From an uncultured Smithella sp. (lineage in GTDB: Bacteria; Desulfobacterota; Syntrophia; Syntrophales; Smithellaceae): 64,000 nt of DNA. This document shows, piece after piece, positions 9,582 through 18,519 of this stretch. Position numbers and translations under genes: made by a program. The stretch covers positions 23,107 to 87,106 of the forward strand of contig CAYXZW010000006.1 in the NCBI GenBank assembly GCA_964469905.1, given 5' to 3'. The notes under the pieces are model-generated. The model did no database searches, was not told the DNA's origin, and saw nothing but the letters and a program-made list of their open reading frames with translations. Position 1 is the first letter of the stretch; each line of letters opens with the position of its first letter.

Positions 9582-12500
9582 ATGCCGACAAATTCATATT
9601 TATCGACACACAGCCAATACCGGGAAGATCTGGTTATCGACACACTTTTTAAGTACAAATCCAATGGTTTTTATGTTGATATCGGCGCCAATGATCCAGA
9701 CGTCTTGAGCAACACCAAATTGTTTTATAATCGGGGATGGAACGGCATCAACATAGAACCGGAGCCGAATCTTCATGCAAAGCTCTGCTGCCATAGAGGA
9801 AGAGATATTAACCTGAGAGTTGGCGTTGGCCCCGAGCCGGGAATAATGACATTTTATCGGATGTCTGCCGACACGCTTTCATCATTTAATAAGCAAGCCG
9901 CTCTTCAAGCAGGCAAGCTTTACGGCGGAACTTTGATTGGAGAGGAACCTACACCAGTTGCAAAGCTGGCTGATATCCTGGCGGATAACCTCCGCGGAAG
10001 TTCGATTGATTTTATGTCCGTTGATGCGGAGGGATATGACTTGGCGGTCTTAAAAAGCAACGATTGGTCCCGCTTCCGCCCATCCGTCATTATTGTCGAA
10101 ATCAATGTGGGTGGGAATGATATTATCGCATTTTTACAAAAACAGGATTACATTTTAATATTTGACAATTATACCAACGGTATTTTTGTTGCCAAGGAAT
10201 TCTTCAATACGATTGATGATAATATTAGAGAGGACCTGCGCAAACTGGAAAATAGTCAAGGTCTGCGAACAGTACTCCCGCGGACTGGGGAAAAAAACGA
10301 ACTTTATATTAATCATATATACGGCCATCAGTCCCCGAGCATTATCAAAGCATTCAAACGTGGAAACGTCACCATCCTCTGCACACATCTTCCGATCGAA
10401 GGATGCGATCATTACGTCTATACGAATTCCTTCAGCTACTGTGGCAAAATGCCTGGTTTGAACATTCTGCTCATGCTGGAGCCATCGGTCGTCCTTCCGG
10501 GCGAGTATAACGATCATGTCTGGCAGCATTTCGATCATGTCTTTGGATTATTCGACGTGCTTATGGATCGCAGCAACAAATTTCATAAAATATTTTTTCC
10601 GCGAACCGATATACCGGGCGCAAATCCGGTCACTGATAACCAAAACAGCCGCGAAAATCTCTATCCGCTATCAGGACGCAAGCATGCCATATGCATGATC
10701 GGCAGTAACAGAAGTTCCCATGTACCCTATGAACTATACTCCAAACGTGTTGAAGCTGCCCGCTGGTTCGCGGAGCATTCCAAAATACCTTTTGACGTTT
10801 ATGGGCCACCATTTGCTCTGCCCAATTACCGGGGACCTTGTCCGGTTTCTCAAAAGTTGGCAAAAATTAAAGAATATCGATTTAATCTTTGTTTTGAAAA
10901 TACCAATGATCCGATATTGGCCGCGGGCTACGTCACCGAAAAAATTCTCGACTGCATGGAATCGCGGACCATTCCAATTTACCTGGGTGCCCCCAACATC
11001 GAGCAATACGTTCCTGAGGACTGTTTCATTGATTTGCGCAAATTCGCCGACTATGCTGATCTGGAAAAATATCTGCGCAAAATGAGTAATCAGGATTATC
11101 ATCGTTATATAAACGCAATCGACAAATGGGTTACAAGCGGCAATCTTATGAAATTTGCTGAAGCGCCGTTATATAACGATCTGGCGAAACTGTGTGCGGA
11201 GTCCTCGAGACTTAATATCGAGAATCTGTTTGCATCAGATCACGTATGGGAAGTATGCAAAGCCGAACCGCCGACAGCCCGCCAATGGCAGTTTGTTCAG
11301 AAGCCCGCGTTGTGGACTTGGAAACATCTGTCAAAAGCCGAGGCTCCGATTATCGAAAACGGAAAACTGATCAGCCGGCAGCATTTAACTGTTTGCCGGA
11401 AATCTGATAAAGTCAATACATCCGAGGGAAAGTGTTTCCTGATCGGAAAGAAACCATCTATCAAGGTATTAGCTGCCGGCACCAAATTCTTTTCTGGCAA
11501 TGCACGGCAGGGGTATGACTATGGATGGTGGAATCATTTTGATGCGCTTAAACGCTTTGAAAATATAGAAATGCATTTTTTTGATTATGCTACGGAGGCA
11601 CAGCAGCGAGGGATTGCGGGAATGTCCGAATGCCTACAGGAAGTCATCTGTAAAGAAAAACCCGACATACTCTTTTATTGTCCTCTCAACAGTCCGGTTG
11701 GTATTCTGCCTGATAGCCTAAAAAGCATAACCGGTTTAACGGATACTCAAACTGTCATTTGGATGAATAATGATCATCAACTTTTAAACGAGGACGCAGA
11801 AAGCTGGGCACACTGCTCTGATTACATCATTACACTTTCACCTGAATCTGCAGGGTATTTTGCAGCGGCAGGTTTCGGCTCCAAAGTCATTAAAAGCCAA
11901 TGGGGTTTCAATCCTTATACATATAACACATCAAACGCAAGACACCGGGAAATAAGCTTTTGCGGCGCTGCCAAAGGCATCCGTTCAGAGATCCTGGAAA
12001 AAATAAAACAGAGCGGTTTGTCTGTTGATGTTTTCGGATCAGGTTGGCACGAGGACTCTTTCATTCCCTTTTACGATATGGTAAATATTTTTTGTCAATC
12101 CAGGATTAACCTGCACCTCAGTGATACGCCTGATCTAATGAACCATCAGATCAGAAGAAGAACTTTCGAAGTGCCGGGTTGCCATGGATTTTTACTCACT
12201 CATCCTGCAGACGGCTTGGAAGAGTATTATAAACCCGGCAAGGAAATCGTCGTTGCTTCCTCATCGGAGGAACTGATTGAGAAAGCAAAGTATTATCTTG
12301 CCCATGAACGGGAACGGGAAATAATCGCGCAAAGCGGATATGAGCGAACACTTGCCGAGCATACATGGTCCCGGCGCTTCATTGATATTTTCAAACATAT
12401 CGGTTTCACAGCTATCCTCAGATCCATCTCCGGAATGGTCGGCGCCCCGTATTTTGTTGAGTCTTCCAAAACTTCTCTCTTAACCACAACGGAAAATGAA

Positions 12501-15500
12501 GCGGTAACGTCCATAGACTCTCAAAACGAAGTCATTGAAACAACCATCAATGTCATGGCATATAACCAACTGGAATACACCAAAATATGCGTGGAAAGCA
12601 TTCTACATTATACTAAAGGCCCCTTCGAGTTACTGCTGACTGACAATGGCTCAACAGACGGCACCAGTGAATATTTTAATGCTGTAAAGAACTTTCATCC
12701 GCGCACCCGGATCATTCGAAACTTCCACAACCGCATTGCGGAAACGGCGGTAAATCATTCCACTTGTGCGGCACGTGGAAAATATTATGTGTTTGTCAGC
12801 AACGATACAATGGTACACGAAGGTTGGCTGGAAAACCTTATCCGCCACATGGAATCTGCTCCGGATATCGGCTGGGTGGGACCGCGTTCCAATAGTATTA
12901 GCGGGCCTCAGTTTGAGTCAGCTGTGTACGATTCCACAGAGACATTCCAGGCTTTTGCCGCCGAACGGGCCAATCTGCATCGGGGCGAAAATTTCCCCGT
13001 TGATCGCTTAGCAGGAATGCTCGTCATTTCCAAGAAGCAGTTTTTTGAACGAATCGGAGGAGCGGATCCTTACCTGCCGGCAAATGGCAGAGATGGAGGT
13101 TATGGTTTCAGCGATGATGATATATCACTACGGTTTATTATAGCCGGCTATAAGTTACTCGTTGCCAATGATGTTTACATCCAGCACTTCGGCAGTGTAA
13201 GTGCAAAACATGATCGTCCTGATCTCTTTGGCTCCCCCCAAAATCTCAATAAAGAAAAATATCTACGTAAAATCAGGGATAATAACCGCATCACTATGGC
13301 AACAGACGGCAATATGATTATCAAACCTTACAAGCTCGATGATATCATCCCGGTGGAAGAACGAATGGTCATCAGAACCCCCCGTATATGTTTTGTTGAA
13401 ACAGAAGACAATGTTACAATAGCACCTGACACCGAAAGCCTTTATGTCGACGTCGCCCAAATACATAATGGACAAATTTTCGGGGACAGGGGTAAAACGA
13501 TCCAATCCCTAATCCTGCAACTCCTGGAAGACAACTCCTATGATTTTCTTGTTCTGATCAATTCGCGCCTTGCCCCCTCTCCGGAAATCGTCTCTGCACT
13601 GACGGAATCGGCCCTGTGTCACCCGGATGTGGGAATTATGGTTCCAACGGGCAACTATGCACCGGCAACACATCAACCCGCAGAAACAAAGAAAGGTATC
13701 GAGCTGATTGATTATGCTGATTTGTCTACATGTACTATAAACCTCAAAATTACCAGGCCTTTTCGACCAGGTCTCGCCAATTGTGAAAATGACAATGAAT
13801 TATTATGGTTTTTGCAGAGACGTGTACGGGGTGAAGGTTATTTTATCGCGAAAGCAAATAATGTTGAAATCAATTACAGCAGGCCGATACTTGATCATCC
13901 ATGCGATGCTCAAGTTCTTCCGGAACAACTGGTAAAAGAAAGAAAATATACGGAAGCTGCAGCCATTTACAGAAATGATCTTGAAAAAGATCCTACCTTT
14001 GCCGAAGCCCACTATCAGCTTGCCCTTATTGCCAGAGAACAGCAGCGGACAGAAGAAGCCATCTTGCACGCCGAGCAGGCACTTGGGGCAGATCCGCATC
14101 ACATAGAGTCTTTGATTTTCCTGTCGGGCTTATTTATGGCGCAAAACGACTGGAAGCGTGCGAAATCGTTCATCGGCCAGGCTAACTTCAAGCAGCCGGG
14201 TAACCCGGAAGTAAAGAAAATAGTCGAGCAATATGAGCAGAAAATGGGGGAAAAAGCTGTTCTTCCAAAACAAAAAGAAGGTGCAACAATACCTTGCCTG
14301 ACAAACAGTGAATTTATTAAAGGCAGGACATCCATTATTGTTACGGCATCTTCTAAACACATACGTGAATGCATAACTGCCATTAAAAAACATACACCGG
14401 AACCTTATGAACTGATAGTGATTGACAACTTCATAACTGAGGAATTGAAAAAGAAGCTGCAGAAAACTGTTAAAGAAATCAGCAGTCCCTGCAAAATTCT
14501 GGAGCACTCTCCCAAAGCCCCCTTATTGCAGTCCGTCAACCTTTGCATTAACGAATCAACCGGCGAATTTATCGTTCTGATTATGGATGATACTATAGTT
14601 TCAGCAGGCTGGCTCACCGGAATGCTGACATGTCTTAAATTCGCACCTGAAGCGGGTATCATCGGCCCCATGACTAACACTGGAAGCGGTCTCCAGCGGG
14701 TTGCCGACGACTTGTGTCAATCCGTTAATTATGTCGATAAATGCGCGGCTACATTTAAAGAGCGATTTCATCACCGCCGGGTGCCATACCGGAATATTGC
14801 CGGACCATGCCTGTTATTCAAGAGAACACTCGTGGAAAAAATCGGATTACTGGATGAACGATTCGCAGCCGGAGAGTTTGAAGTTGAAGATTATTGCTGG
14901 AGAGCAGAATTGGACGGCTGCATAAATTATATAGCCGGTGATGTTTTTGTCTATAATTACGGAAAAAAGGGATTGCCGGGTGACAGAACAATCATTGATA
15001 CAAAATGGACATTCAGTATGGACAGCCTCGAAGGCAGGAAACTGGCTGTTCTGAAATCCCGGGAACTGGCTGCTGTCATGTATCAAAAAGGCTTCATGGA
15101 TCAGGCAGTCGAAGCACTGATCAACTGCATCAAACTGATCCCCGATGCCAAAGAAATATATTATGACCTGACCCTTATGTTTATTGAATCCAGAAGATTT
15201 TCCGAGGCCCGGGAAGTTGTCGGAACCATGCCGGAAGCGGTCAGAAATGATGTAAAGGGTTTAGGATATGCGGGTTACGCCATGGAAGGTTTAGGTCAGG
15301 ATGATGAAGCGGCTGCCTGTGCGGACAGAATATTGTCTCAGAATGAAAAATACCCGGCAGCTCTGAATCTGAAGGGTGTTTTAGCGTATAAAAAAGACGA
15401 TAGAGAAAAGGCTGCGTACTATTTCCAGAAGGCCATTGACGCTGATCCGGGGTATGGCGAAGCCCATATCAACCTTGGTGTTCTGTACCGGGGATTAAAG

Positions 15501-17096
15501 CAGAAGGAGGCAGCTCTGGTTCATTTGAAAAAAGGTTTTATTCTGTCTCCATTCATTCCGGACGTGAATTCGATTTATTATTCCGTAATGTCTTCTGCAG
15601 GCATGTTCAGCGAGGCGGAAGACGACTTTTGTGAAGCTTTAAAATTATATCCCTGCAATAAAAATCTTGTTTTTTTATGTATTGATATCTTTCTTCAGCA
15701 GTCTAAGTATGATGCGGCTTTGCATAAGATAGAAGATACCCTTGATGTATTTGGTTTGGATGAAGGTTTACTGAACGCAGCCATTGATATCCGGGAAAAA
15801 ACAGGTCCCCTGCAGATCGACAAAGCAAACAAGAAAGGCACACTGTCTCTTTGCATGATTGTCAAAAATGAAGAAAAGTATCTTATTCCCTGCTTAAAAA
15901 GCGTTCGTGATATTGTGGATGAAATCATCATTGTGGACACGGGATCAACCGACAAAACAGTTGCCATTGCCCGTATCTTTGGGGCCAAATTGTTTGAATT
16001 TTCGTGGACCGGCGATTTCTCGGCAGCACGCAATCATTCATTAGAGCAAGCGACAGGCCAATGGATTTTAGTTCTTGATGGCGACGAGGTTATTTCACCG
16101 CGAGACCATAAAAAGATCAAAGAAATTATTTCCCGGAAATCACCATTGCATTGCGCTTATTCCATTGCCACACGAAATTATTTATCAACAGTCGGCGGTA
16201 TGGGATGGGTGAAAAACAGCGGAGAATATCCTGAAGAAGCGGGCATCGGACGGGTAGAAAGCGTAAAAGTGCGGCTTTTCACCAGAAATAAAAATATCTT
16301 TTTTAGTAAACCGGTTCACGAAATATTGGAATATTCTCTCAAAAAAGAAAAGGTTAGCATTCTTCCCTGCGAGATCATCGTTCACCATTACGGCAAATTA
16401 GACATTCAGAGAGACCAGAAAAAAGGTGAAGATTACTATCTGCTGGGGAAAATCAAATATGAAACCGATCCGACCCATATGAAATATATAATAGAATTGG
16501 CCAAACAGGCGCACCTGCTCGGCAAAAATGAAGAAGCCGCCGAATTGTTTGAAAAACTCCTCTCGCTCATAGCAGCCAATCCGTATTCACCGAGCTTTGA
16601 GGAAATTTACCAGATGACTCATGGCAAACCGATGTTGGAAATATATACAACACTTGCAGCAGTCTATCTGGGGCTGCACCGCTTTGATGATGCCCTGAAC
16701 GCAGCCCGCAAAATAGCGGCCGACAGCAACAGGCGCGAAGCAAATATTTTTGTTTACGCGCATTGCGAGATCATCGCGGGATCGCTTACCAATGCATTTC
16801 GTGAACTGGAAGAATCTCTCCGGATATCGCCGGACTACTTGCCCAATTTTATTATGATGGCCGTTGTTTTCTGCCTGGAAGGCAATAAGGAAAAAACCGG
16901 GGAATATATCCTGTTGCTTCAGCAAAAACGGGTTGTGATAACTACGATTATTAACACAATTGCCCAGGAATTGATTGCTTACGGGAAAAAAGATGGTGCC
17001 CTGCTCATCATCAATGCGATGATTGAATACAAGATATACGATCAGGAGACAATAAGGTTGGCCGGTGTTGTACAAAATGACATGGGCAGTGCGTAA
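9582..17096 (+). CDS. 2504-aa multidomain methyltransferase / multi-glycosyltransferase with TPR blocks
   Basis: Single uninterrupted ORF with an AGGAG SD upstream of ATG 9582. Domain motifs are listed in the sub-features below. Confidence 0.85.
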   Translation: MPTNSYLSTHSQYREDLVIDTLFKYKSNGFYVDIGANDPDVLSNTKLFYNRGWNGINIEPEPNLHAKLCCHRGRDINLRVGVGPEPGIMTFYRMSADTLSSFNKQAALQAGKLYGGTLIGEEPTPVAKLADILADNLRGSSIDFMSVDAEGYDLAVLKSNDWSRFRPSVIIVEINVGGNDIIAFLQKQDYILIFDNYTNGIFVAKEFFNTIDDNIREDLRKLENSQGLRTVLPRTGEKNELYINHIYGHQSPSIIKAFKRGNVTILCTHLPIEGCDHYVYTNSFSYCGKMPGLNILLMLEPSVVLPGEYNDHVWQHFDHVFGLFDVLMDRSNKFHKIFFPRTDIPGANPVTDNQNSRENLYPLSGRKHAICMIGSNRSSHVPYELYSKRVEAARWFAEHSKIPFDVYGPPFALPNYRGPCPVSQKLAKIKEYRFNLCFENTNDPILAAGYVTEKILDCMESRTIPIYLGAPNIEQYVPEDCFIDLRKFADYADLEKYLRKMSNQDYHRYINAIDKWVTSGNLMKFAEAPLYNDLAKLCAESSRLNIENLFASDHVWEVCKAEPPTARQWQFVQKPALWTWKHLSKAEAPIIENGKLISRQHLTVCRKSDKVNTSEGKCFLIGKKPSIKVLAAGTKFFSGNARQGYDYGWWNHFDALKRFENIEMHFFDYATEAQQRGIAGMSECLQEVICKEKPDILFYCPLNSPVGILPDSLKSITGLTDTQTVIWMNNDHQLLNEDAESWAHCSDYIITLSPESAGYFAAAGFGSKVIKSQWGFNPYTYNTSNARHREISFCGAAKGIRSEILEKIKQSGLSVDVFGSGWHEDSFIPFYDMVNIFCQSRINLHLSDTPDLMNHQIRRRTFEVPGCHGFLLTHPADGLEEYYKPGKEIVVASSSEELIEKAKYYLAHEREREIIAQSGYERTLAEHTWSRRFIDIFKHIGFTAILRSISGMVGAPYFVESSKTSLLTTTENEAVTSIDSQNEVIETTINVMAYNQLEYTKICVESILHYTKGPFELLLTDNGSTDGTSEYFNAVKNFHPRTRIIRNFHNRIAETAVNHSTCAARGKYYVFVSNDTMVHEGWLENLIRHMESAPDIGWVGPRSNSISGPQFESAVYDSTETFQAFAAERANLHRGENFPVDRLAGMLVISKKQFFERIGGADPYLPANGRDGGYGFSDDDISLRFIIAGYKLLVANDVYIQHFGSVSAKHDRPDLFGSPQNLNKEKYLRKIRDNNRITMATDGNMIIKPYKLDDIIPVEERMVIRTPRICFVETEDNVTIAPDTESLYVDVAQIHNGQIFGDRGKTIQSLILQLLEDNSYDFLVLINSRLAPSPEIVSALTESALCHPDVGIMVPTGNYAPATHQPAETKKGIELIDYADLSTCTINLKITRPFRPGLANCENDNELLWFLQRRVRGEGYFIAKANNVEINYSRPILDHPCDAQVLPEQLVKERKYTEAAAIYRNDLEKDPTFAEAHYQLALIAREQQRTEEAILHAEQALGADPHHIESLIFLSGLFMAQNDWKRAKSFIGQANFKQPGNPEVKKIVEQYEQKMGEKAVLPKQKEGATIPCLTNSEFIKGRTSIIVTASSKHIRECITAIKKHTPEPYELIVIDNFITEELKKKLQKTVKEISSPCKILEHSPKAPLLQSVNLCINESTGEFIVLIMDDTIVSAGWLTGMLTCLKFAPEAGIIGPMTNTGSGLQRVADDLCQSVNYVDKCAATFKERFHHRRVPYRNIAGPCLLFKRTLVEKIGLLDERFAAGEFEVEDYCWRAELDGCINYIAGDVFVYNYGKKGLPGDRTIIDTKWTFSMDSLEGRKLAVLKSRELAAVMYQKGFMDQAVEALINCIKLIPDAKEIYYDLTLMFIESRRFSEAREVVGTMPEAVRNDVKGLGYAGYAMEGLGQDDEAAACADRILSQNEKYPAALNLKGVLAYKKDDREKAAYYFQKAIDADPGYGEAHINLGVLYRGLKQKEAALVHLKKGFILSPFIPDVNSIYYSVMSSAGMFSEAEDDFCEALKLYPCNKNLVFLCIDIFLQQSKYDAALHKIEDTLDVFGLDEGLLNAAIDIREKTGPLQIDKANKKGTLSLCMIVKNEEKYLIPCLKSVRDIVDEIIIVDTGSTDKTVAIARIFGAKLFEFSWTGDFSAARNHSLEQATGQWILVLDGDEVISPRDHKKIKEIISRKSPLHCAYSIATRNYLSTVGGMGWVKNSGEYPEEAGIGRVESVKVRLFTRNKNIFFSKPVHEILEYSLKKEKVSILPCEIIVHHYGKLDIQRDQKKGEDYYLLGKIKYETDPTHMKYIIELAKQAHLLGKNEEAAELFEKLLSLIAANPYSPSFEEIYQMTHGKPMLEIYTTLAAVYLGLHRFDDALNAARKIAADSNRREANIFVYAHCEIIAGSLTNAFRELEESLRISPDYLPNFIMMAVVFCLEGNKEKTGEYILLLQQKRVVITTIINTIAQELIAYGKKDGALLIINAMIEYKIYDQETIRLAGVVQNDMGSA
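9609..10196 (+). other. domain: FkbM-type methyltransferase (aa ~10-205 of giant ORF)
   Basis: FYVDIGANDPD, INIEPEP, IDFMSVDAEGYD. Confidence 0.7.
10449..11141 (+). other. domain: GT10-like (alpha-1,3-fucosyltransferase family) core (aa ~290-520)
   Basis: KEYRFNLCFENTNDPILAAGYVTEKILDCMESRTIPIYLG matches the GT10 FxLxFENS...Y.TEK motif. Confidence 0.6.
11439..12401 (+). other. domain: CgeB/DUF3880-type GT-B glycosyltransferase (aa ~620-940)
   Basis: ISFCGAA...RINLHLS...RRRTFEVPGCHGFLLT...KPGKEIVV...AQSGYERTLAEHTW. Confidence 0.55.
12534..13211 (+). other. domain: GT2 glycosyltransferase A (aa ~985-1210)
   Basis: VMAYNQLEYT...ELLLTDNGSTDGT...VFVSNDTMVHEGWL. Confidence 0.7.
13374..13886 (+). 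other. domain: degenerate GT2-like segment (aa ~1265-1435)
   Basis: ICFVETEDN...DFLVLINSRLAPSPEIV has a GT2-like layout but no clear DxD motif. Confidence 0.3.
13914..14216 (+). other. TPR block 1 (aa ~1445-1545)
   Basis: YTEAAAIYRNDLEKDPTFAEAHYQLALIA...AILHAEQALGADPHH. Confidence 0.6.
14328..14966 (+). other. domain: GT2 glycosyltransferase B (aa ~1583-1795)
   Basis: TSIIVTASS...YELIVIDN...FIVLIMDDTIVSAGWL. Confidence 0.65.
15039..15806 (+). other. TPR block 2 (aa ~1820-2075)
   Basis: Repeated A/Y/L helical pairs, e.g. AAYYFQKAIDADPGYGEAHINLGVLY. Confidence 0.65.
15837..16406 (+). other. domain: GT2 glycosyltransferase C (aa ~2086-2275)
   Basis: LSLCMIVKNEEKYL...EIIIVDTGSTDKT...WILVLDGDEV. 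Confidence 0.75.
16434..17021 (+). other. TPR block 3 (aa ~2285-2480)
   Basis: Helical repeat sequence after GT2-C, e.g. EAAELFEKLLSL, ALNAARKIAA. Confidence 0.5.
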
Positions 17097-17190
17097 ATCG
17101 TGATCCAGCGAACGATAACCACAGCAGTCCACGGTAGCTAGGCTGAGGACGGTCGGTAGTTCAATCGTCCTTCGATTAAACCAGTTGTTT

Positions 17191-17241
17191 AAAAAAGAAA
17201 ACCCACCGGGTCAGGTGATCCGGCGGGTTTCTCTTGTTTTT
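17191..17241. terminator. bidirectional rho-independent terminator between the glycan island and flaF
   Basis: AAAAAAGAAA - ACCCACCGG - 10-nt loop - CCGGCGGGT - TTCTCTTGTTTTT. The stem pairs 8 of 9 positions and has A/T-rich runs on both sides. Confidence 0.65.
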
Positions 17242-17267
17242 AGCAGATGTTTCCTGCAAATGATTTT

Positions 17268-17717
17268 TCAGACACTAATACTTGCTGCAAAGTGGTTCTT
17301 ATGTGGTCTTTGTAAAGCCTGCCCCACCACCTGTTCGTTATTGCTGGGGTTTTGGTTGAGACCAGCGGCGATATTCAGATTAATATTAATAAGGATATTG
17401 AGCTTCTCCGGGGCTGGATGTGCCATGACCTCAAAGATTCTTTTATCGATAAAGATACTTAAGCTGAGAATATCCTCTTTGATCTGTTTGGGAAGTGGAT
17501 TATCGTCTCTGATCAACTCACTTTGCAGTATAGTCCAGATATCCTGATTATTCCGCAGCGCCTCACTGAGCTGCACATCACGGTCGGCAGCATTCCAGTT
17601 ATTCTGGCATTCTTTAAGCTTGAATGCAGCCTGCATCAGCGCACCTGCTTCGATCTCCCGTCCGGACAGATATAATTTCCTGTTTGACTTATACGCTTCA
17701 AGTTGATTTGCGGACAC
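17268..17717 (-). CDS. flaF: flagellar biosynthesis regulator FlaF
   Basis: Colinear with Caulobacter FlaF as recalled: AY...REIE...L..AL..N..IW...NPLP...I.SL..F..., ending in LININLNIAAGL. Overlaps flbT by 20 nt. Confidence 0.8.
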   Translation of the reverse strand: MSANQLEAYKSNRKLYLSGREIEAGALMQAAFKLKECQNNWNAADRDVQLSEALRNNQDIWTILQSELIRDDNPLPKQIKEDILSLSIFIDKRIFEVMAHPAPEKLNILININLNIAAGLNQNPSNNEQVVGQALQRPHKNHFAASISV

Positions 17718-18096
17718 GATCTAATACCTCCCGTTCATATTCGATAAGTTTCTTGGCCGATTTCAGTGCCTGATAATACTCGCTTTTGAGTATATATTCA
17801 CTGATCTTGTCGATGTGAATGAGCGTACTGGGTACTGCAGATACTAGATCTTTCACCAGTGCCCAGTAGTTGTTATGATATTCGACAATATTACCGGCAT
17901 CAATGTACATAAGCTGAATTACAAAATAAATCCTGCTGCAATAGGTTGTTGCCTCCTCATCGCGCATAATGTCTTTTTCGCGCAGCACTGCAACATTGTT
18001 TTCCACAATAAATTCGGAACGGTTCTTCCCGTTCTGGATTACCGCACCGCCAATGATCAGTTTTTCCTGCGGTCTAAGCACAATTTTCAGGGCCAT
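17698..18096 (-). CDS. flbT: flagellin translation repressor FlbT
   Basis: MALKIVLRPQEKLIIGGAVIQNG...VLREKDIM...YYQALKSAKKLIEYE closely follows the FlbT family. Confidence 0.85.
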   Translation of the reverse strand: MALKIVLRPQEKLIIGGAVIQNGKNRSEFIVENNVAVLREKDIMRDEEATTYCSRIYFVIQLMYIDAGNIVEYHNNYWALVKDLVSAVPSTLIHIDKISEYILKSEYYQALKSAKKLIEYEREVLDRVRKST

Positions 18097-18103
18097 ATCG
18101 AGC

Positions 18104-18448
18104 TCAGATCTTTACAGTCAGAATTGCACCAGTTTGTACATTTTCGGCCGCCGCTCTGACCGTTTCCGTAGCGTCGCTTTTCGATTTATTGTCTAAGCTT
18201 GTATTTTGCAACACCTGATCAGCTCCTGAGCGCGTGACCTCTGTTTCGCCGATACTTACTTTTTTGATGAGATCCTGTCTCTGGTACGTTGCTATGGGGA
18301 AAAAGGGCGGGTCATAGGTATCTACTATATCCGACTGCCCTGCTCTTACGGAAACATCCTCTCTGATATCGCCGCCTTCCTTACTCCCTCGCTCAGGGCG
18401 AAACGCATTCTGCAGTCCCTGATATAGATTAATATTATTGACATTCAT
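18104..18448 (-). CDS. hypothetical 114-aa protein between flagellin and flbT
   Basis: ORF in the operon position. No motif I can assign: it lacks the FlaG C-terminal motif and is not FliW-, FliS- or FliD-like. Contains DPPFFPIATYQRQDLI. Confidence 0.4.
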   Translation of the reverse strand: MNVNNINLYQGLQNAFRPERGSKEGGDIREDVSVRAGQSDIVDTYDPPFFPIATYQRQDLIKKVSIGETEVTRSGADQVLQNTSLDNKSKSDATETVRAAAENVQTGAILTVKI

Positions 18449-18472
18449 AATGCTACCCCATTTATTTCAGAT

Positions 18473-18493
18473 GGGGAGGAATTCTTCCTCCCC
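18473..18493 (-). terminator. stem-loop just downstream of flagellin (partial terminator/attenuator)
   Basis: GGGGAGGAA-TTC-TTCCTCCCC is a perfect 9-bp stem. A second 6-bp hairpin, CCCCAT/ATGGGG, is adjacent. There is no strong U-tract, so read-through into downstream genes is plausible. Confidence 0.45.
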
Positions 18494-18519
18494 ATCCGGG
18501 CATTTAGCCTATGGTTTTA

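Noticed and set aside
17097-17190. tRNA-like fragment (GGTAGTTCAATCGTCC with an AGGACG/CGTCCT stem) after the giant ORF
   Set aside because: The loop is 14 nt, whereas a T-loop has 7. No acceptor or anticodon arms can be drawn. It is probably just a weak hairpin.
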